The position numbers were made by a program, and so were the translations under genes. A model generated the notes under the pieces. That model was not told where the DNA came from, made no database searches, and was given only the letters and a program-made list of their open reading frames with translations. Shown here piece after piece: positions 30,669-46,151 of a DNA stretch of 64,000 nt. Positions within the stretch are counted from its first letter, which is position 1. Each line of letters opens with the position of its first letter. Source of the stretch: the human T2T-CHM13v2.0 reference genome, Homo sapiens; NCBI RefSeq assembly GCF_009914755.1, contig NC_060926.1; one strand, given 5' to 3'.

Positions 30669-31029
30669 TGATATGGTTTGAATGGAACCCCCAAAGTTCA
30701 CATGATAGAAACTTAAGAAACTTAATCTCTAATCAACAGTGTTGAGAGGTGAGATCTTTAAAGGGTGATTAGGTCATGAGGAATTACTGTCATTATAAGG
30801 AGAGTGGGTTTGCTATAAAAGCAAGTTTGGTCCTCTTGCTCTCCCTCTCTCTTCTCTCATCCTCTCACCTTCCACCATAGTATAATGCAGCAAAAAGGCT
30901 CTCAGCGAATGCTGGCACCTTGATATTGGACTTCCCAGCCTTCAGAACTGTGAGAAATAAATATTCAATTCTTTCTAAATTACCCAGGCTGTTGCATTCT
31001 ATTATGGCACTGCAAAAAGGACCAAGACA
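30669..31029 (+). mobile_element. MST-type MaLR LTR
   Basis: tgatatggtttgaatg..gctggcaccttgatattggacttcccagcc..accaagaca. Confidence 0.78.
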
Positions 31030-33019
31030 TCTCATCAATTTGAAGTATTTCTGAGTTGACATGAAAAGCAAAATGGGCATCTCATTGGTGTTTGAAACAG
31101 CCACAGATGGCTTCTAAAACAGCACTGTGTGTTTTCATGTGGGGATTCCATTGTTTAATCCACTTTCATGAATAATTAAAAATAAATCTGTGATGCCAAT
31201 AATTATAATAACCCACACCTGGCTTTACAACAGAAAACAGTGATTCCAACTCCCTAAAAGGATATAAACTTAACCATCTCATAGATGGGAGCCATAGGAA
31301 AATGCCCTAGTCTTTCTCCTATACCCTAAAAAAAGTAGCACTTTTGTGTAATACATTTAATGAATTGTTTTACATAATTCATTCTCTTTTGATGTTCTAA
31401 TTTGTATTCATTCTCAGTTTCTGAAATTTACATATATAATGAAGAATTATTTGACGATACAAGAATCTTTTAGAAATCATGTTAAGAAATTTAACTAGTT
31501 TTATAGAAGAAACACTATTTGTAATTGTGCAAAAAATAGCATAAAATATTTATAAAGATCAATCTGCAACTGTGTCTCTGTAGCCATAGAGAAATCCCTT
31601 GATGAGCATTTCTCTAAATTCTTGTTTCAGTTAAAGTGTCAAAATGAAACAATGTGTCTCAGTTTAAACACATCTTCCACTCAAGAGATGGAATTAGGTT
31701 TTACTCCACATCTTATAGGCTGGCTTTGGAGTATGAAATAAAACTTATCACAAACCATGAAAGAATTTTAAAATAAAAATTATAATAGACATTTAAAAAA
31801 TCATTGAATAAAGCATGGCATTCTAAGAGTATTTTATAAATACATAAAACCAAATGAAGAAAAACCCACAAAGAAAATGATATGCTACAAATTAGAATGG
31901 AAACTCCTTATAATTAACATTCATAACACTATTATACACCATACTATTTTTTATTGATCTCTATTTCAAGAAAGAGTAGTGGAAAGATTTCACTACAAAT
32001 CAGCAGGCTTGTATTTAAGTCTCAACTCAATCATTAATGGCTCTCATAATCATAGATAAATAATTTTTCTTGGCCTCAATTTTTTCATTCATAATATTAA
32101 AGTATTGCACTTGATAAATTATAGGGTCTTTTCCTGTATTTTGTTTCTGTGACTTAAAGTCTTATCTCCCTACTGAGTTACTGAATTCCTTGAGAAAAAA
32201 AACCCCTCATTTTATCATTTTTTATATCTAAAATCATTTTGCTGCTAGAGATGCTAGCAGCCGTCTGTAAGTATCTACTAAGTGTAAACTCTTGTATTAA
32301 AAAATTTACGCACCTAAAAACAGCCAATAACCCATCACACTTGAAAGTACGACTAAAATATCATACTTAATAGTGACTGCTCAACACATTTATGACACAT
32401 TTTTGACAAATTAAATTCATAGAGAATCTATGAAATTGTAAGAGAGCTATAACAATTGTTTTTGTAAATTTAGCATATTTGTAATCTTTTCTGTTCTATG
32501 GTACACACCATAAATGGAGAGTAAGATGAACTGTCAAAGTTAGTAGATAAATGTATGCTTGAACCCTGGCTCTATTATTTTGGTATATGACCCCCATGTG
32601 TGCTTTAATTTATTTTCCTTGGCATATACTAGGCCCTAAATAAAAATTCCTCGTTTTTTTGTCACTGATATGCTTTTTTGGTGAGATTTAGCTCCTTCTA
32701 CTATTTGAGATATTTAATTTTCAAACTATATTTTAAGTTTCTTGAGAGTGAGGATTGTATTTTACTCACTTTCAACCCACTGCTGAAATATCAAGCAGTA
32801 TATAAAGATTCAATGAATATGAATTTCTGAAAATCATATATCTATGTATCACTATTGGTGCCATAGAGAATACAAGAATAAAAAGTTTATAGTTCTTCCC
32901 TTTAAGAAAATGTGTTTTATTAGTTCATTACTTACTAGTCAAATAGCTACTCAAATCTGATTATGTAATCAGTCACATTAGTACACAACTTTAATGGTAA
33001 AACATACTTTAAAATAGCT

Positions 33020-33165
33020 TTGACTACTGAGCTTCACACCTACTAGCTGTGTGACCTAGAGGACTTCTCAACTCACTCATCTATAAGATGGCACAGTGGT
33101 ATTAACCAGAGATATGCTGTGGGGGTCAGATGATCTAACACTTACGAAATACCTAACACATGATT
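33020..33165 (+). mobile_element. MIR fragment
   Basis: ctactagctgtgtgacct..ctcatctataagatgg. Confidence 0.5.
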
Positions 33166-33384
33166 GAGATTTCAGCTTTGGCTTTTGACTCTACTTGTAC
33201 AAATCTACCAAACACACACACACCAGCACACACACACACATTTTAAAGCTAGTTCTTTGTGTGTGTATGGGGGTTATTTGTGCTATTGTAATAAAAGTAA
33301 GAAAACTCTTAGCAATAAGGTACCCAAGGAAGGGTGTAATGACACGATTTTTCACACCTGTAGAGGCCAAGGGGTAATATAATC

Positions 33385-33610
33385 AGTTGTAATAATAGGT
33401 AACATTTATAAAGTATTCACTTCATGCTAGGGACTATTCTATGCATTTTTTATAGACTAGTTCAGTTAACCTTCACAATACCACCATAGGAAATTGTAAG
33501 CATCCTTCTTTCTATAGGTAAAGAAAACTAGGCAGTGGTTAAGTGGTGAAGGCTGAATTCACACTCAGATATTTTGATTCCATGCTCACAACCACTATGC
33601 TATATTACCT
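33385..33610 (-). mobile_element. MIR
   Basis: taataataggtaacatttat..ttaaccttcacaata..aaccactatgctatatt. Confidence 0.6.
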
Positions 33611-34119
33611 AACAACAAAAAGAAATAAAGTAGATTAGAGAGAAAGAAGGTCCACTAGTTTACATGCAAGTAAATTTTTTAACCAGGAAATACAGAAGAG
33701 TAGAAATGTATAACTAGAATTTGTAAACTCATAAAACCCAGTGATAAATAAAAGACAGAGAGGATTCCACCCATTATTTCTCCTTAAATTTCTACTTGAA
33801 TCTACACCACTCTTGGTGTTTTATGCTAGGAGACGTTTTGCAGCTGTAAGTACAAACTCTGTTATTCGGATGCTAACTACTCAATGCCAGCAAAGAACAA
33901 GTTCTTTGATACTAACAACATTTCTTGATCACAGTTTGTTAGAAACCGTTCTTTATATCATTTGTTGATAAACTGTGGGATGGTAGAGATTACATAGTAG
34001 ACAAGTTAAAAAGTTTAATAAGCCATGTAAAAGGCAATGAATCCTTAGTTAATTTGCTGTTACTATATCTTTTTTTGTTTGTTTGTTTTACTACTTGTGG
34101 TATGGCATTTGGGACAGTT

Positions 34120-34479
34120 TGCTCCTGCTGCTGTAATAAAAGGCCATAGATTGGGTAACTTATAAACAGCAGAAACTTATTTCTCATAGTTCTGGGAAGC
34201 TGGGAAGTCCAAGATCAAAGTGCCAGCAGATTCAGTATCTAGTGAGGGCCTGCTTCCTGCATCATAGTTTGCACACACTTGCTTGCTGTGTCCTCACATG
34301 GTGGAGGGGTTGAGGGGTCTCCCTCAGGCCTCTCTTATAAAAATGCAAATTCCCTTCATAAGGGTTCTACCATCATGACCTAATCACCTCCCAAAGGCTC
34401 CACCTCCTAACGATATCTATTTTGTGATTAAACTTCAACATATGAATGGAAGGAAGGTAAAAACATTCAGACCATAGCA
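34120..34479 (-). mobile_element. MLT1A/MSTD-type MaLR LTR
   Basis: gctgggaagtccaagatcaaagtgccagcagattc..aacattcagaccatagca. Confidence 0.78.
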
Positions 34480-34731
34480 GAGACATTTAGATACTGCTTA
34501 AGTGCTCTACAGTGACACTCGTCATTTACTGTTTACACACTGTCATATACCAAGGTGCTGGGCCACAAAGCAACTGTATTTTCGACCTGAAATGAAATAT
34601 CATAGGTGCCTGATAGCCTGGGAAAGACAGAGAGAACTAAAAGGGCCAGCCTGCCTGCCACTGTCAGCTGTGTAAGAGAACAAAGCAAATTCAGCCTTCA
34701 TGCATTACTACAACTTTTATTCCAAAAATGT

Positions 34732-35082
34732 TGCTATGCACTGAATTGTGTCTCCCCAAAATTTGTATGTTGGAGTCCTAACTCCCAAGTGTTTAGAGAT
34801 GGAATCTTTGAGAGGGTAGTGTTACCAAGGTAAGGACCTCATAATGAGATTAGTGGCTTTACAAGAACAGGAAGAGATGAGATCACTCTCTCCACTGTTA
34901 GGGCAGACACAGTGAGAAGGTGGCTGTCTACAAGCCAGGAAGAGAGCCCTCACCAGGAATTAAACCAGCCAGCATCTTGATCTTGGCCTTCCCAGGCTCC
35001 AGAATTGTGAGAAATAAATGTCTGTTGTTTAAACCACTCAGTCTATGGTATTTCATTAGAGCAGCCAAGCTAGATGAATACT
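34732..35082 (+). mobile_element. MLT1A-type MaLR LTR
   Basis: tgctatgcactgaattgtgtctccccaaaattt..caagccaggaagagagccctcacca..gagaaataaatgtctgttgttt. Confidence 0.78.
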
Positions 35083-37271
35083 TATGCTTATATCTGAGGG
35101 CAATCAACATAAGTGCTGAGTCAGGAAGGCTGGGATGAGATAGTCTCTCACCAATAGTCCATTGATATTAGAAGCTAAGTTTATAGCATGTAAGGTACAA
35201 GGCAAAGCTGAACAATTTTAGGTTCCTTGTCAAATGTAACAAGGTCTAGGAAAATATTTGGCTAACTTATTGAATGTCCCTCAAAAGCAGGAACTACATA
35301 AAAGCTGTTGCAAAACACACTCAAATTATAGCCAATATTAGGCCACGAGCTACAACAGTGATTGAAACTTCCTTCTCTGCTCTCACTCAATGACCCTGCT
35401 CCCTCAATTCTAGCTTTCTGCTACTGATCAAGACTAGAGGAAGTAGGGATTCCTTGAGATTCTCCCCAGACCCAATTAAAAAAAAAAAAAACTTATCTCA
35501 AATACAACTGTTCCAAAGTAAAAGTTTAAATAGATTATTTATTTTTAGTATAACAACCTCCCTTGAGCATCATACATATTAAAACCTCAGTCACGACTGG
35601 AAGGGTTTTCAAAAAACGTCATCAGGTAAAAAGTTTTGTAGGTCACAGCCTCATAGAGCCTGATTACTTGGCATGCTACAAATCGTCACTATTTTCAGTC
35701 ATTGCAATTGAGGTAAAATCTCAGGCAAATAACATAATAATTTTCCCACTTACGCAAACTATTTCATTACTACAGCAAAGTACATTTGAACACCACTGCC
35801 AACCTTGAAAAAGATTCATTTGAGAGTATTAATGGATAGATCTTTAGAACTGAGTCACTGAGGAGTATGCTGAGGAGTTAAGGGATGGCCTCAAGATTCA
35901 AACACGAGTGGGCTGACATCAGAGCTGACGCACTTATTTTTTTTTAGTACTTCATCTTGAAGCAAATTAAAATACATAAAATTTCTCAAATATATATGTT
36001 TTGTGTATTTCATCATAAAGTCAAAGAAACTCATTAGCATAAATATGCAACAAAGATAAATATCTTACCAGAATAGTGGCAATTAACAGTATAAAATAGA
36101 AATTTGTTTTTCTTTAGAGTCACTCAGTAAAATGGTGCTTTGTCCATGCTATTTGATTTGTAATATGAATTACAAAACAAGACAAAGCTTTGCTGGCATA
36201 ATAATCAATATTGTTAAGTGTCCCCAATTTGATCTATGAATTTCATGCAACAGTTGTCCTCATTTTGTAGCAATTATGAAGCTGATTCTAACATTTATAT
36301 TAAATTATTTTTAATGTATAATAGTGAAAACAACTTTGAAAAAGAGAAAAGTTGAAGGATTTATGCTACCTCATTTAATGATTAATTTAACAGGTATGTT
36401 AAACAGAATCAGGTGTTATTAAATCCTAGCTACACAACTGCATTTGTGGAACAGAAATAGATACATATGTGAAAATAAATTCAACTTAATTAAATATTCA
36501 AGGGAAATTCAGTGGAGAATGGACTATCTTTTCAATCAATGGTGCTGGAACAGAGACATTCATAGGCAAAAAATAAACAATAAAAAACTTCAATCCATAT
36601 GTCATGTTGCATAAAAATTAATTCAAAGTGGATCATAGACCCAAATGTAAAACCTAAAACCATAAAACTTGATGGAAAAAATGTAGAAGAAAATCTTTAT
36701 ATACTTGGGTTAGTCAAAGATTCCTCAGATACAATACCAAAGCTCCATCAATAAAGAAACCACTCTCAAATCTCAATAAAAATAAAATAAAATAAATGAG
36801 GAACCATTTAAAAATGGGCAAAACATTTAACAGATACTTTATCAAAGAAGATCTATGGATTGCAGATAAGCTCCTGAAAAGGTACTCAACATTATTTTTC
36901 ATTAGGGAAATACAAATTAAAACCATTAGATTCCATTACATACCTATTAAAATGTCTAAAATTTAAAAAGACAGATTATATCAAGTGTTGGTAGGAATGT
37001 GGAACAATATTCTCCCACCATATGACCCAGCCATCCCACACCCACATATCTTATTAAATAAAAGAAACTGTTCAAACAAAACTTATACATAAATGTTCAC
37101 AACAGATCTATTTATAATAGCCCCAAAGTGGAAATCCACTAACAAGTCAATGGAAAAACTAACTTATATATTCACACTGTGGAATACTAGGCAGCAATAG
37201 AAAAGAATACTATGGACACCTGCAACAACATAGATGAATCTCAAAATATTTTTGCTAAATGAAAGAAAACA

Positions 37272-37752
<481 letters not shown>

Positions 37753-38824
37753 TCAATGACAGAAAGCAGGTCAGTAGTTGTCTGGGGATTACTAAGGATT
37801 TGAAGAATATCTGAGGGGTGGTAAATATGTTATCTTGGTTGTGGTGATGTTTTTTCTGGTGTACACATAAGTCGACATTGATTGTTTTTTAAAATGTACA
37901 TTTTATTTTATGTTGATTGTATCTAAATAATTCTGTTTTTAAAAAAGAAAATGAAAATTTTATTTACCAGGGATAAATCTTCTCCTAATATTAAATACAA
38001 AGCTAGGCATATTTAAGACTCTGTTTAATCTTAAGTAATTCATCATCCTATGGTTGGCTGCAGCAACAAATACAGTCTTGAATAAGAAATTACAATGTGT
38101 TTAGTCAAAACAGACAAATTTTGATGAAACTCCAAAACCACTGGCTTCCCAGAGATGATGTAGTTTTCTCACACTCCACCCCATCTCTCATGGCCACATA
38201 CTTCCCATGGATGGGCTGGCTTTGGCATGGTTGGTGGGTGAGCCTGAGAATCTAGAGTCTTCTTCCATGATGTTGTGCTTCATGTTGTGCTGTTGCCCAT
38301 CTGAGTTTCCTTAAACCAATAAATCCATCATAGCCAGTGAGTTTGATTGTCTATTAGAATCCAAGACCCACACTGTTTGTTGATTAGAGTAAGCATTGCA
38401 TATACTTATTCATGTATTTCTTAATCATTTCTGTCATTACCTATTGAGTTCTTAGTGCAGTTGAATACTTACACCCTTATGATGGACCGTTTTATATGTC
38501 AACTTGGCTAGGCTACAGTCGCCCATTTTTCAATCAAACATCAATCTAGCCATTGCTGTTATTCTGTAGTCGTAATTAAAGCCCGTAATCAGTGACTTTA
38601 AAAAAAAGACTCTTAGAGAATTCAGGTAGGTCTGACTCAAATCAGTTGAAGGCCCTAAGAGCAGAGCTGTGGTTTTTCTGGAGAGTAAATGCTACCTGAG
38701 AACAGAAACTCCAGTTAGTATTTGAGAATTCTAGCCTGTCCTTCCTGATGGGTCACCCAACAGATTTCAAACTTGCCTTGCCAGTCTTCACATGGTATAT
38801 GCCAATTCTTTTAAATAAATTGCA

Positions 38825-38950
38825 TTACATATATATGTGTGTATGTATGTATATGCATATATTTGCATATGTATATGTATATGCATATATATACATACAC
38901 ACATATGCATATATATGCAGATATTTCTATATCAATCTACATACACATAA

Positions 38951-38986
<36 letters not shown>
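38825..38986 (+). repeat. Compound (TA/TG/CA)n microsatellite
   Basis: atatatgtgtgtatgtatg... followed by a long (ac)n run. Confidence 0.9.
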
Positions 38987-38987
<1 letters not shown>

Positions 38988-38988
<1 letters not shown>

Positions 38989-39321
38989 AGCTCTCCATAT
39001 TCATGGGTCCTACATCTGTGGATTCAAGCAACCATTAGATAAAAAATATTTGGGAAAAAAATTGCGTCTGTACTGAACACCTACAGACTTTTTGTTTCTT
39101 GTTGTTATTCCTTAAACGATACACTGTAACAACTATTAACACAGCATTTACATTGTACCTAATATTACAAGTAATCTAGAAATAATTTAAAGTATATGGG
39201 AGGATGTGCATAGGTTATACACAAACACTACACCATTTTATATCAGGGACTGGAGCATTCACAGATTTTGGTATCCCAAGGAGGTCCTGGAACCAATCCC
39301 CCATGGATACTCCCATGACTG
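38988..39321. mobile_element. MER2 (Tigger-family) element
   Basis: ccatattcatggg..catctgtggattcaa..ggtcctggaaccaatcccccatggatac..gactg; terminal inverted repeats. Confidence 0.8.
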
Positions 39322-39592
39322 TTTACATATCTCCTCCTTGTTCTATTTCTCTGGCTGAACTTGAACAGATACATTCCCATATTCTGTAAATATGCATATT
39401 TTGGCTTAAGCCAGTAGTATTTACATTTAAGTAATATACACTACTGTACAAGGTAGTAGACCATTATTCTGTGGAGTTTTTTCTATCTTTTTAAAATTTA
39501 CTTTTGGAGTTGATTATTTCTACTTTTTAAATAACATTTGCTTAGCTTTCTATGTATCTACTTTTAATTAAGTCCAAAGATTTCATTCAACC

Positions 39593-40096
39593 TGTAAAAA
39601 GAAAATAAAGTTTCAGGACCTTCCAAATTTATTATGCCAAAGGGAGAAGTTAAGCCCTGGAAGTTGACTCCTACAACACAACCGGTTTTCTTCTCTGGTG
39701 CATGACCATTGCTTCCTAATCTTTGTGTTGAGATGTTTTATATTAAGCAGACTCCCTATTCTTTACTCAAAACTGGACTAAATCACATGGAGATAGAGAA
39801 CCTTGTAACTATTACCTCTTTAGAAGAGAATACTGAGCAACCCCCTTAGAGTGTAATCAATAGTAGGTAATCAAAGCTTGTATTTGAATATTAGCCTTTG
39901 AGTGGAAAATGCAATTTTCCAAGGTTCAGCACCTCCATTTTGCCTGTATAAATCATCCCCATTTTTGCCCACACTGGGAACACTGATCACCATTCTTTGG
40001 TATGGCTCTGTTCCCCAGATGGCTGCCCTCACACTTTGTGCTTGAATACAACTCTCTTTAAATTATTCAGAGCTTTTCAGTTATTTTATGTTGGCA
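39593..40096 (+). mobile_element. MER4-group ERV1 solo LTR
   Basis: tgtaaaaagaaaataaagtttcaggacc..atgccaaagggagaagttaagc...ttattttatgttggca; TG..CA ends; aacc/aatc near-TSD. Confidence 0.7.
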
Positions 40097-42739
40097 AATC
40101 TAACAAAATCTTGGTAGTATTTTTTGCTCTAGATGTTCAAGCATATAATCTGTAATCTCCTTTTTACCATTTTGACATACAGCATCCTCCGACAGGCATC
40201 TATTCACCTCCTATAATGTAGACTGGCTGCTTTCCAGAACTAGTGGAGGGTGATTATCCCCGGACTACCCAGCACTTCTTCGGGCAGGATATTATGTTCT
40301 TAAATCCCATGTCTTCCTTTATCTCGATTCAGTCTGCCATCCTACGGAAACACATGCTTCAATAGCATTCTCAGAAAGGGACTATGGAAAATACAGTTCT
40401 TTTTAGTACTTGGATGTCTGAAAATTCCTTTATTCTAAACTTATATTTGATAGTTTGAATGAAAAAAACATTATCGATTCAAAATTATTGTGCCTAGTAA
40501 TTCTGAAGCCTTGTTCCAGTCTTTTTGTATTATAAACTGAAGTTGCTAAAGCTGATGCTATTTTGAGTTGTTTCCTTATGCAATGTGTTTTTTTAAACCT
40601 TTCTCTGAACATGTTTAAGCGTTCTTCTTATAGGTATTCTAAAGCTTCACAATGATGTGTCTTATAAATTTTTTGTGTGTAAATTTTTGAAATAAATACT
40701 TAAATGTGAAAAGCAGAATTTTAAACACACTTATGGTCAACAAGATGAATATTTTTATTTTAAGGTAGAGTTTTTTAAAAAACATGACAGCAAAAGGAAA
40801 AATTGTTAAGCAAAAAGACTGATATATTTGACTTAAGAAAAGAGAGATTCTGGTCTTATAAAGTGTAAATGGAAAGCTATCAACCTGAAAAAAGACACGT
40901 GCAATAAATAAAATAGACAAAGAACCAGTGTCTTAAATATATGTACCTCCTACAAATCAATAAGAAAAAATAAATAACATGTTATAAAAATTAATAATAT
41001 AATGTGCTTGTCTAAACAATAGACAAACACATGAAGATAAAACCCAGTCAATCATATAATGAATTTAAATTATGACAAATTACTTAAATTTAAATTATGA
41101 CTGCTTAACAGTTGAGCAGACCTGCAATTACGTAGTGGCTTTCTATTGCGGATGATCCATTGCAGAGATATTTTATGCTCCAGGGGTATTTCAGTTTTTA
41201 AAAGAAGTATATTTTAATATTTTACATTATGCAGGAAAAGGATAGGGGATCAGAAAGAGGAAGCATCTTTGCAATTAATACCCTAAGTAAATAAGACACA
41301 GAAAAGAGGTATAAAGCCCCGTATGTTGTGTTCTAAGGTTTAATGTTATCTCACTTTTCTCACTGAGTCATTTGACAGATTTCTCTAATTCTGTTATGAA
41401 TAAGAGAACCAGATCTTATATGTACCTTTCTTTTCTATATTATTCCTAATCCCTATCTCATTGATCTTGACTATTAACAAATCTTAATAGTCACTCCAAG
41501 AATATGGTAAAATAGAGAAGGAATTTAAAATTATAATAGTAAAATTGAGTTACCTTCAGCCTACAATTTTAGCAGCTGCCTACCACTTTTCTCATAATTT
41601 TAGATATGTGGATGCCATTGTCTTATTTGTATTTTCTATTCTATCTATGTAGATTATTTCTACTTTACAAGCAAATGGTTTGGAGGAGGGTTTTTGCCAT
41701 ACAATTGGGGAAATATTTTTTTTCCTCAAATGATTCACAAATTGTTTATCTTGTTTTTATTTTACTAATGGTGAATGTAAAGTAAAAATAGTTAAAATTC
41801 AAGCTCTTTATCAATATCCCAGAACTATAAACTAATGATTCTCACACTGTATCATACTCTAGGAAAATCTATTTTACAGGCTTATCTACCTTCTTCTCTA
41901 CTCATTTCCCATAATGTTTGATAAACTATTTTTAACAATTCAGATTGTTAATTTTTTGACATTGTACATTTTCCTTCTAAACAATAAGTCTGACATTTGT
42001 TTTATTTTTTCCTAAACATATTAACACAAATTTAGTTGATGTTTCTGATTTTATTGCTCATCACCCTTTTATGGCATATCTCACTCATAAGTGAGATCCT
42101 AATTTGCATTCATTTTTCTTACCACAAGCAGCACCTGAAGATATATGAAGTGTCTGCCTGTCAGAAATCCTTTTCGTACCTTGCAAAGGGTACAGACTAA
42201 CCTTGTATTTTTTAATCTATTCACTAACTTGATCCCTTAAGACCTGGTCAATATTTTTCATTATTTTATGACATAACGTATAAAAAATTCTTAATTTTGT
42301 TTGTACATTTAGGTAGATTAATCTTGTTTTTCTGATTGCAGTTATTTTTTCTGCTTTGTCTTCTATAAACTGAAGAGATATGACTATCTATATAGATATG
42401 ACTATGACGTATAGTTGTGCAATTCTCCTAATTGTTTAGGACAGAGAGAAAATAATGTATTTTTGCATGTTTCTTGCAATTACATTACATAACTGGATGA
42501 CATTTGCTTTGATTTCCCGGTGTGATATCTTTATATTTGATAACTCTATTTGCAAACAGCAGGTTCTTTTTTTTTTTTTTGGTTTTGCTACTTATTCAAT
42601 TTAAAGAGATAAGTTTTTGTATTGGTCCGAGATTTAGATTTGAGATCATTTTAGTTTAGAAATTTATAGGCCCGTGTTCAAAACGGTCTCAAAGGCAAGA
42701 AGAAAAAGTTTATATTTTCTGTAGTTTTATTTCTCTAAG

Positions 42740-42972
42740 TCATAAATTAGCAGAGTATACCCTGTGAGCAGGTCCAAACTGCATACTGCCTCATTTTGAA
42801 AATAAAGTTTTATTGGAACCCATACACATCTATTTGTTTATATATTGTCTATGGCTACTTTTGTACTACAACAGCAGAGTTGAGTAGTGGCAATACAGAC
42901 TGGACTACATGGTCCACAAATTTGAAAGTTGTTTCCATTTGGCCTTTCATAGAAAAAGTTTGCCAACTCCTG
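42740..42972 (-). mobile_element. MER58A (hAT-Charlie)
   Basis: aataaagttttattggaac..tattgtctatggctac..gagttgagtagt..gaaaaagtttgccaactcctg. Confidence 0.8.
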
Positions 42973-44329
42973 GTCTTAACTATTGGTCTATTTGTCTGAT
43001 GGTATTGGGAAGAGGCGATTGAAATAATAAGATAGACAGTAGGAAGTTCACTATTTTAGAAAACATTTTCTGTCCATCTTAGTAGTGAAAATCTAAATTT
43101 TACTGGAGCACAGATAGACTTCTTTAAATGCTGTCAGAGCCCCAGGGGAAGCCAGTTACCCTCGGCTTCACAGTCCCTTCATCTTTACTCAACGTGGCAT
43201 TTGCAGCAGGTTGAGACTTTGAAAATTCCCTGCGAGCAGAGGTAGCCAACCCATCTAAAGCTGTGCCACTCGAAGTTTCAGGCTACTTTTTCATTTCAGG
43301 TAAAGAATCTCTTCATTTTGATATACATAGGATCAGGAGCTACTGAGGTATCCTCCAACTAACCCCATCTTCATTATATCGTAATGATCATCCTCATTTG
43401 TTTTTGCCCTAATAATATATACGTATCTGTTTTCTAGCCCAGATAAAGGTATTTCTTATTTTACGCACAGGAATTTAGTGTCGCAGACTATTACTAAAAC
43501 TAAGTAAGTAATTTTACAAAGCTTATAAACATTTTATTATGAGGACTACTGTAACAATATTCTTACAAAATGTTGCTATAGCTGTAAAATGTTTAAGAGT
43601 CACTATATTTGGAAAATAACAGTAATTGTTAGACATTGTACAAAAAGCAACAAAAAATAAAAGACATGGCCTTTTTTAAAAAAATTCCAATCCCTCTCTG
43701 GAAATAGAATTAATATATAAGAAGCAATCAACTTGGCCACTAAAAGAGCAACTAGATTTAGGCTTCAAATAGAAATACCTGGACTAAAAACTGTATAAAC
43801 CACTGACTATGTGGCCACATTACATTGAAGCCTTAACTCCCCATTTTTATTTTCATTTCTCTTATTTTTATTGACTCTCCATCTTCATTTTAATTTAATC
43901 TGAATATGCTTCAGAACAGATCATTAACAAATCTAAAAATATTGTTTTATATTTCCAGGAATCCTTTAAGGAGACTTTTATCTCCTATAATACACACTAA
44001 TGCCTGCTCTGACGGCCCAGCTTTCTTTAGGACCCCAGTTCTCTCACAGATACACGCTTTTGTCTAAATCTTGATTATACAAAATAACCAGTCCCCTTTA
44101 TTTTTCCACTTCCCACTTCCAAAGCTCCTAGATCACAACTCCTGGAGACATACAGCTTACTTCACTATTTTACCCCAAGGAGACTTGAATATTCCAGGAA
44201 GGCATTTAGAAGTTGGAATATTTCAATTTCTTTGAAGATCTGGAGAGCCATGAATTTCCATGATCACTGATTGGATATGTTTCCACACAAAATATATAAT
44301 CAACCCTTTAAAATGAAAATCCAGCCACA

Positions 44330-44800
44330 GTAAATAAAGACTGAGTGAGAGTACTGAGCTTAATGCACTGGCATATCCCAAACAAGAAATGTTTCCATAT
44401 ATAAAATAGACTTCATGATATCTACCTCACATGAATTCTTATGTGGATTCAAATTATTCAAAAATTTGAAGACATTCCATGTTCTAGGCACCATGTCAAA
44501 TGTTGGGGATACAAACAAGATGTAATCCCTGTTTCAAGTCGCTTCGTGTCTGTAACAGCATAATGAATAAATAATTACTGTATGGCATTCATAAAACTAA
44601 GAATTAGAGTGATACATGACATGAGAGCACACAGAGGAGATCCATGATTCAGGTGGAAGCCAGAAAAGCAGGATTTTGTGGTACAGAGAGACTAAACTAA
44701 GTCCTGAGATGAACTAGGATCAGGAGCAAGAAGACTATTCCACACCACTGGAGCAGCATTTGAAACATAGAGAACAGCAAAAAAATGTGATCTTCTGGTT
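44330..44800. mobile_element. MIR/L2 fragments
   Basis: tatctacctcacatgaattcttatgtggattcaaa; ccatgttctaggcacc..ggggataca. Confidence 0.45.
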
Positions 44801-45423
44801 TAACTGAGGGCAACATGCAGTTGAAAGTGCAAGAGGGAAAAGCCATGATGTGACAGGTAAATTGGGGAAAAAACATGAAAGAGGTGATATGATAGCTTTA
44901 GTGTTTGAGCTCAGGCCAGAGTTGCACGCTGAAATGTCATCACAGACCGGAGTAGATTTCTCATTTTGTAAAGCTGGCAGCAGCAACAGCATTGAGTAGT
45001 GGGAACTGTGAGCAACTAGAGAGCTAGTGCATTTCTTGCTTAAAATCCTCCAAGTTAAAATGAGTTTACAACATTATGCTATCAGACAAAAGTCTCCTTG
45101 GCCAGATTTTTTCAAAGCCAACAGATTGCAATGCCTTAATGGGGCTGTAGATAGCCATTGAAGAAATTTAACGATGTCATCACATTAGCATGATGAGACA
45201 GAGAAGCATGAATTTCCATGATTAGTGTTTTGTCATTTTAGCAAGTCATTCTGAGAAGATGAGGGAATGATACAATATATACTGAATGTCTAGCACTGCA
45301 CCAGACACAAAAGAATACCTAATAAATAGTAATGTCCTTCTCTCTCATCTTTTCTGCCTATCAGTATCCCCACAGAAAAGAGAAATCACCATAAGAGAAG
45401 ATCCAAATTAATGGCAAAAGTAG

Positions 45424-45746
45424 TGTATACATTTCTCATGGCTGCTGTAACAAATTAGCACAAATGTTATGATGTAAAACAACAGAAATTTATTCTCTCA
45501 CAGTTTTGGAGGCCAGAAGTCTAGGGTCAGTTTTACTGAGAAGAAATCAAGGTGCCATCAGGAATGTGTTCCCTTGGGAGATTTTAGGAAAGAATCAATT
45601 CCTTGCATTTTTCAGCTTCTTGTGGCTGCCAGCATTCCTTAGCTTGTAATCACATAACTCAAATCTTTCTCTGGTGTCACATCGCCTTTTCTCCTTATTA
45701 AATCTCCCTTTGCCTCCTAAATATAAATATAGCATGATAGATAGAT

Positions 45747-45791
<45 letters not shown>

Positions 45792-45940
45792 CATTCAGAA
45801 CCTACTCACATAATACAGGGTAAACGCCTCACCCTAAGAAGATAACCTAATAACATTTTATATGATATAAGGTAACATTCATAGGTTCCTGAGATTAGGA
45901 CACAGGTATCTTCTGAAGAGCTAGTATTGGCCTGCCACAA
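45424..45940 (-). mobile_element. MLT1C/D MaLR LTR containing (GATA)n
   Basis: ggctgctgtaacaaattagcacaaa..aaatttattctctcacagttttggaggccagaagtc. Confidence 0.78.
45736..45792 (+). repeat. (GATA)n tetranucleotide STR
   Basis: gatagatagatgata followed by about 10 perfect gata units. Confidence 0.92.
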
Positions 45941-45974
45941 GTAAGAAATCATTTCTTGAGCAAGTTGTTTCTGG

Positions 45975-46099
45975 AGTTTATTAATCAGAGGTCTCCAGTG
46001 GAACATAACAATAGAATAGATAGATAGATACATGAATAGGAAAATATATAGATACATACATATATAGGTATATGAATAAACAGACAGTCAGATAGATGT

Positions 46100-46151
<52 letters not shown>

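Larger units (their letters stand above)
38478..39372 (+). mobile_element. MLT2 (ERVL) LTR containing a TA/CA microsatellite and a nested MER2
   Basis: tgatggaccgttttatatgtcaacttggctaggcta..tcagttgaaggccctaagagca..ttgttctatttctctgg. Confidence 0.72.
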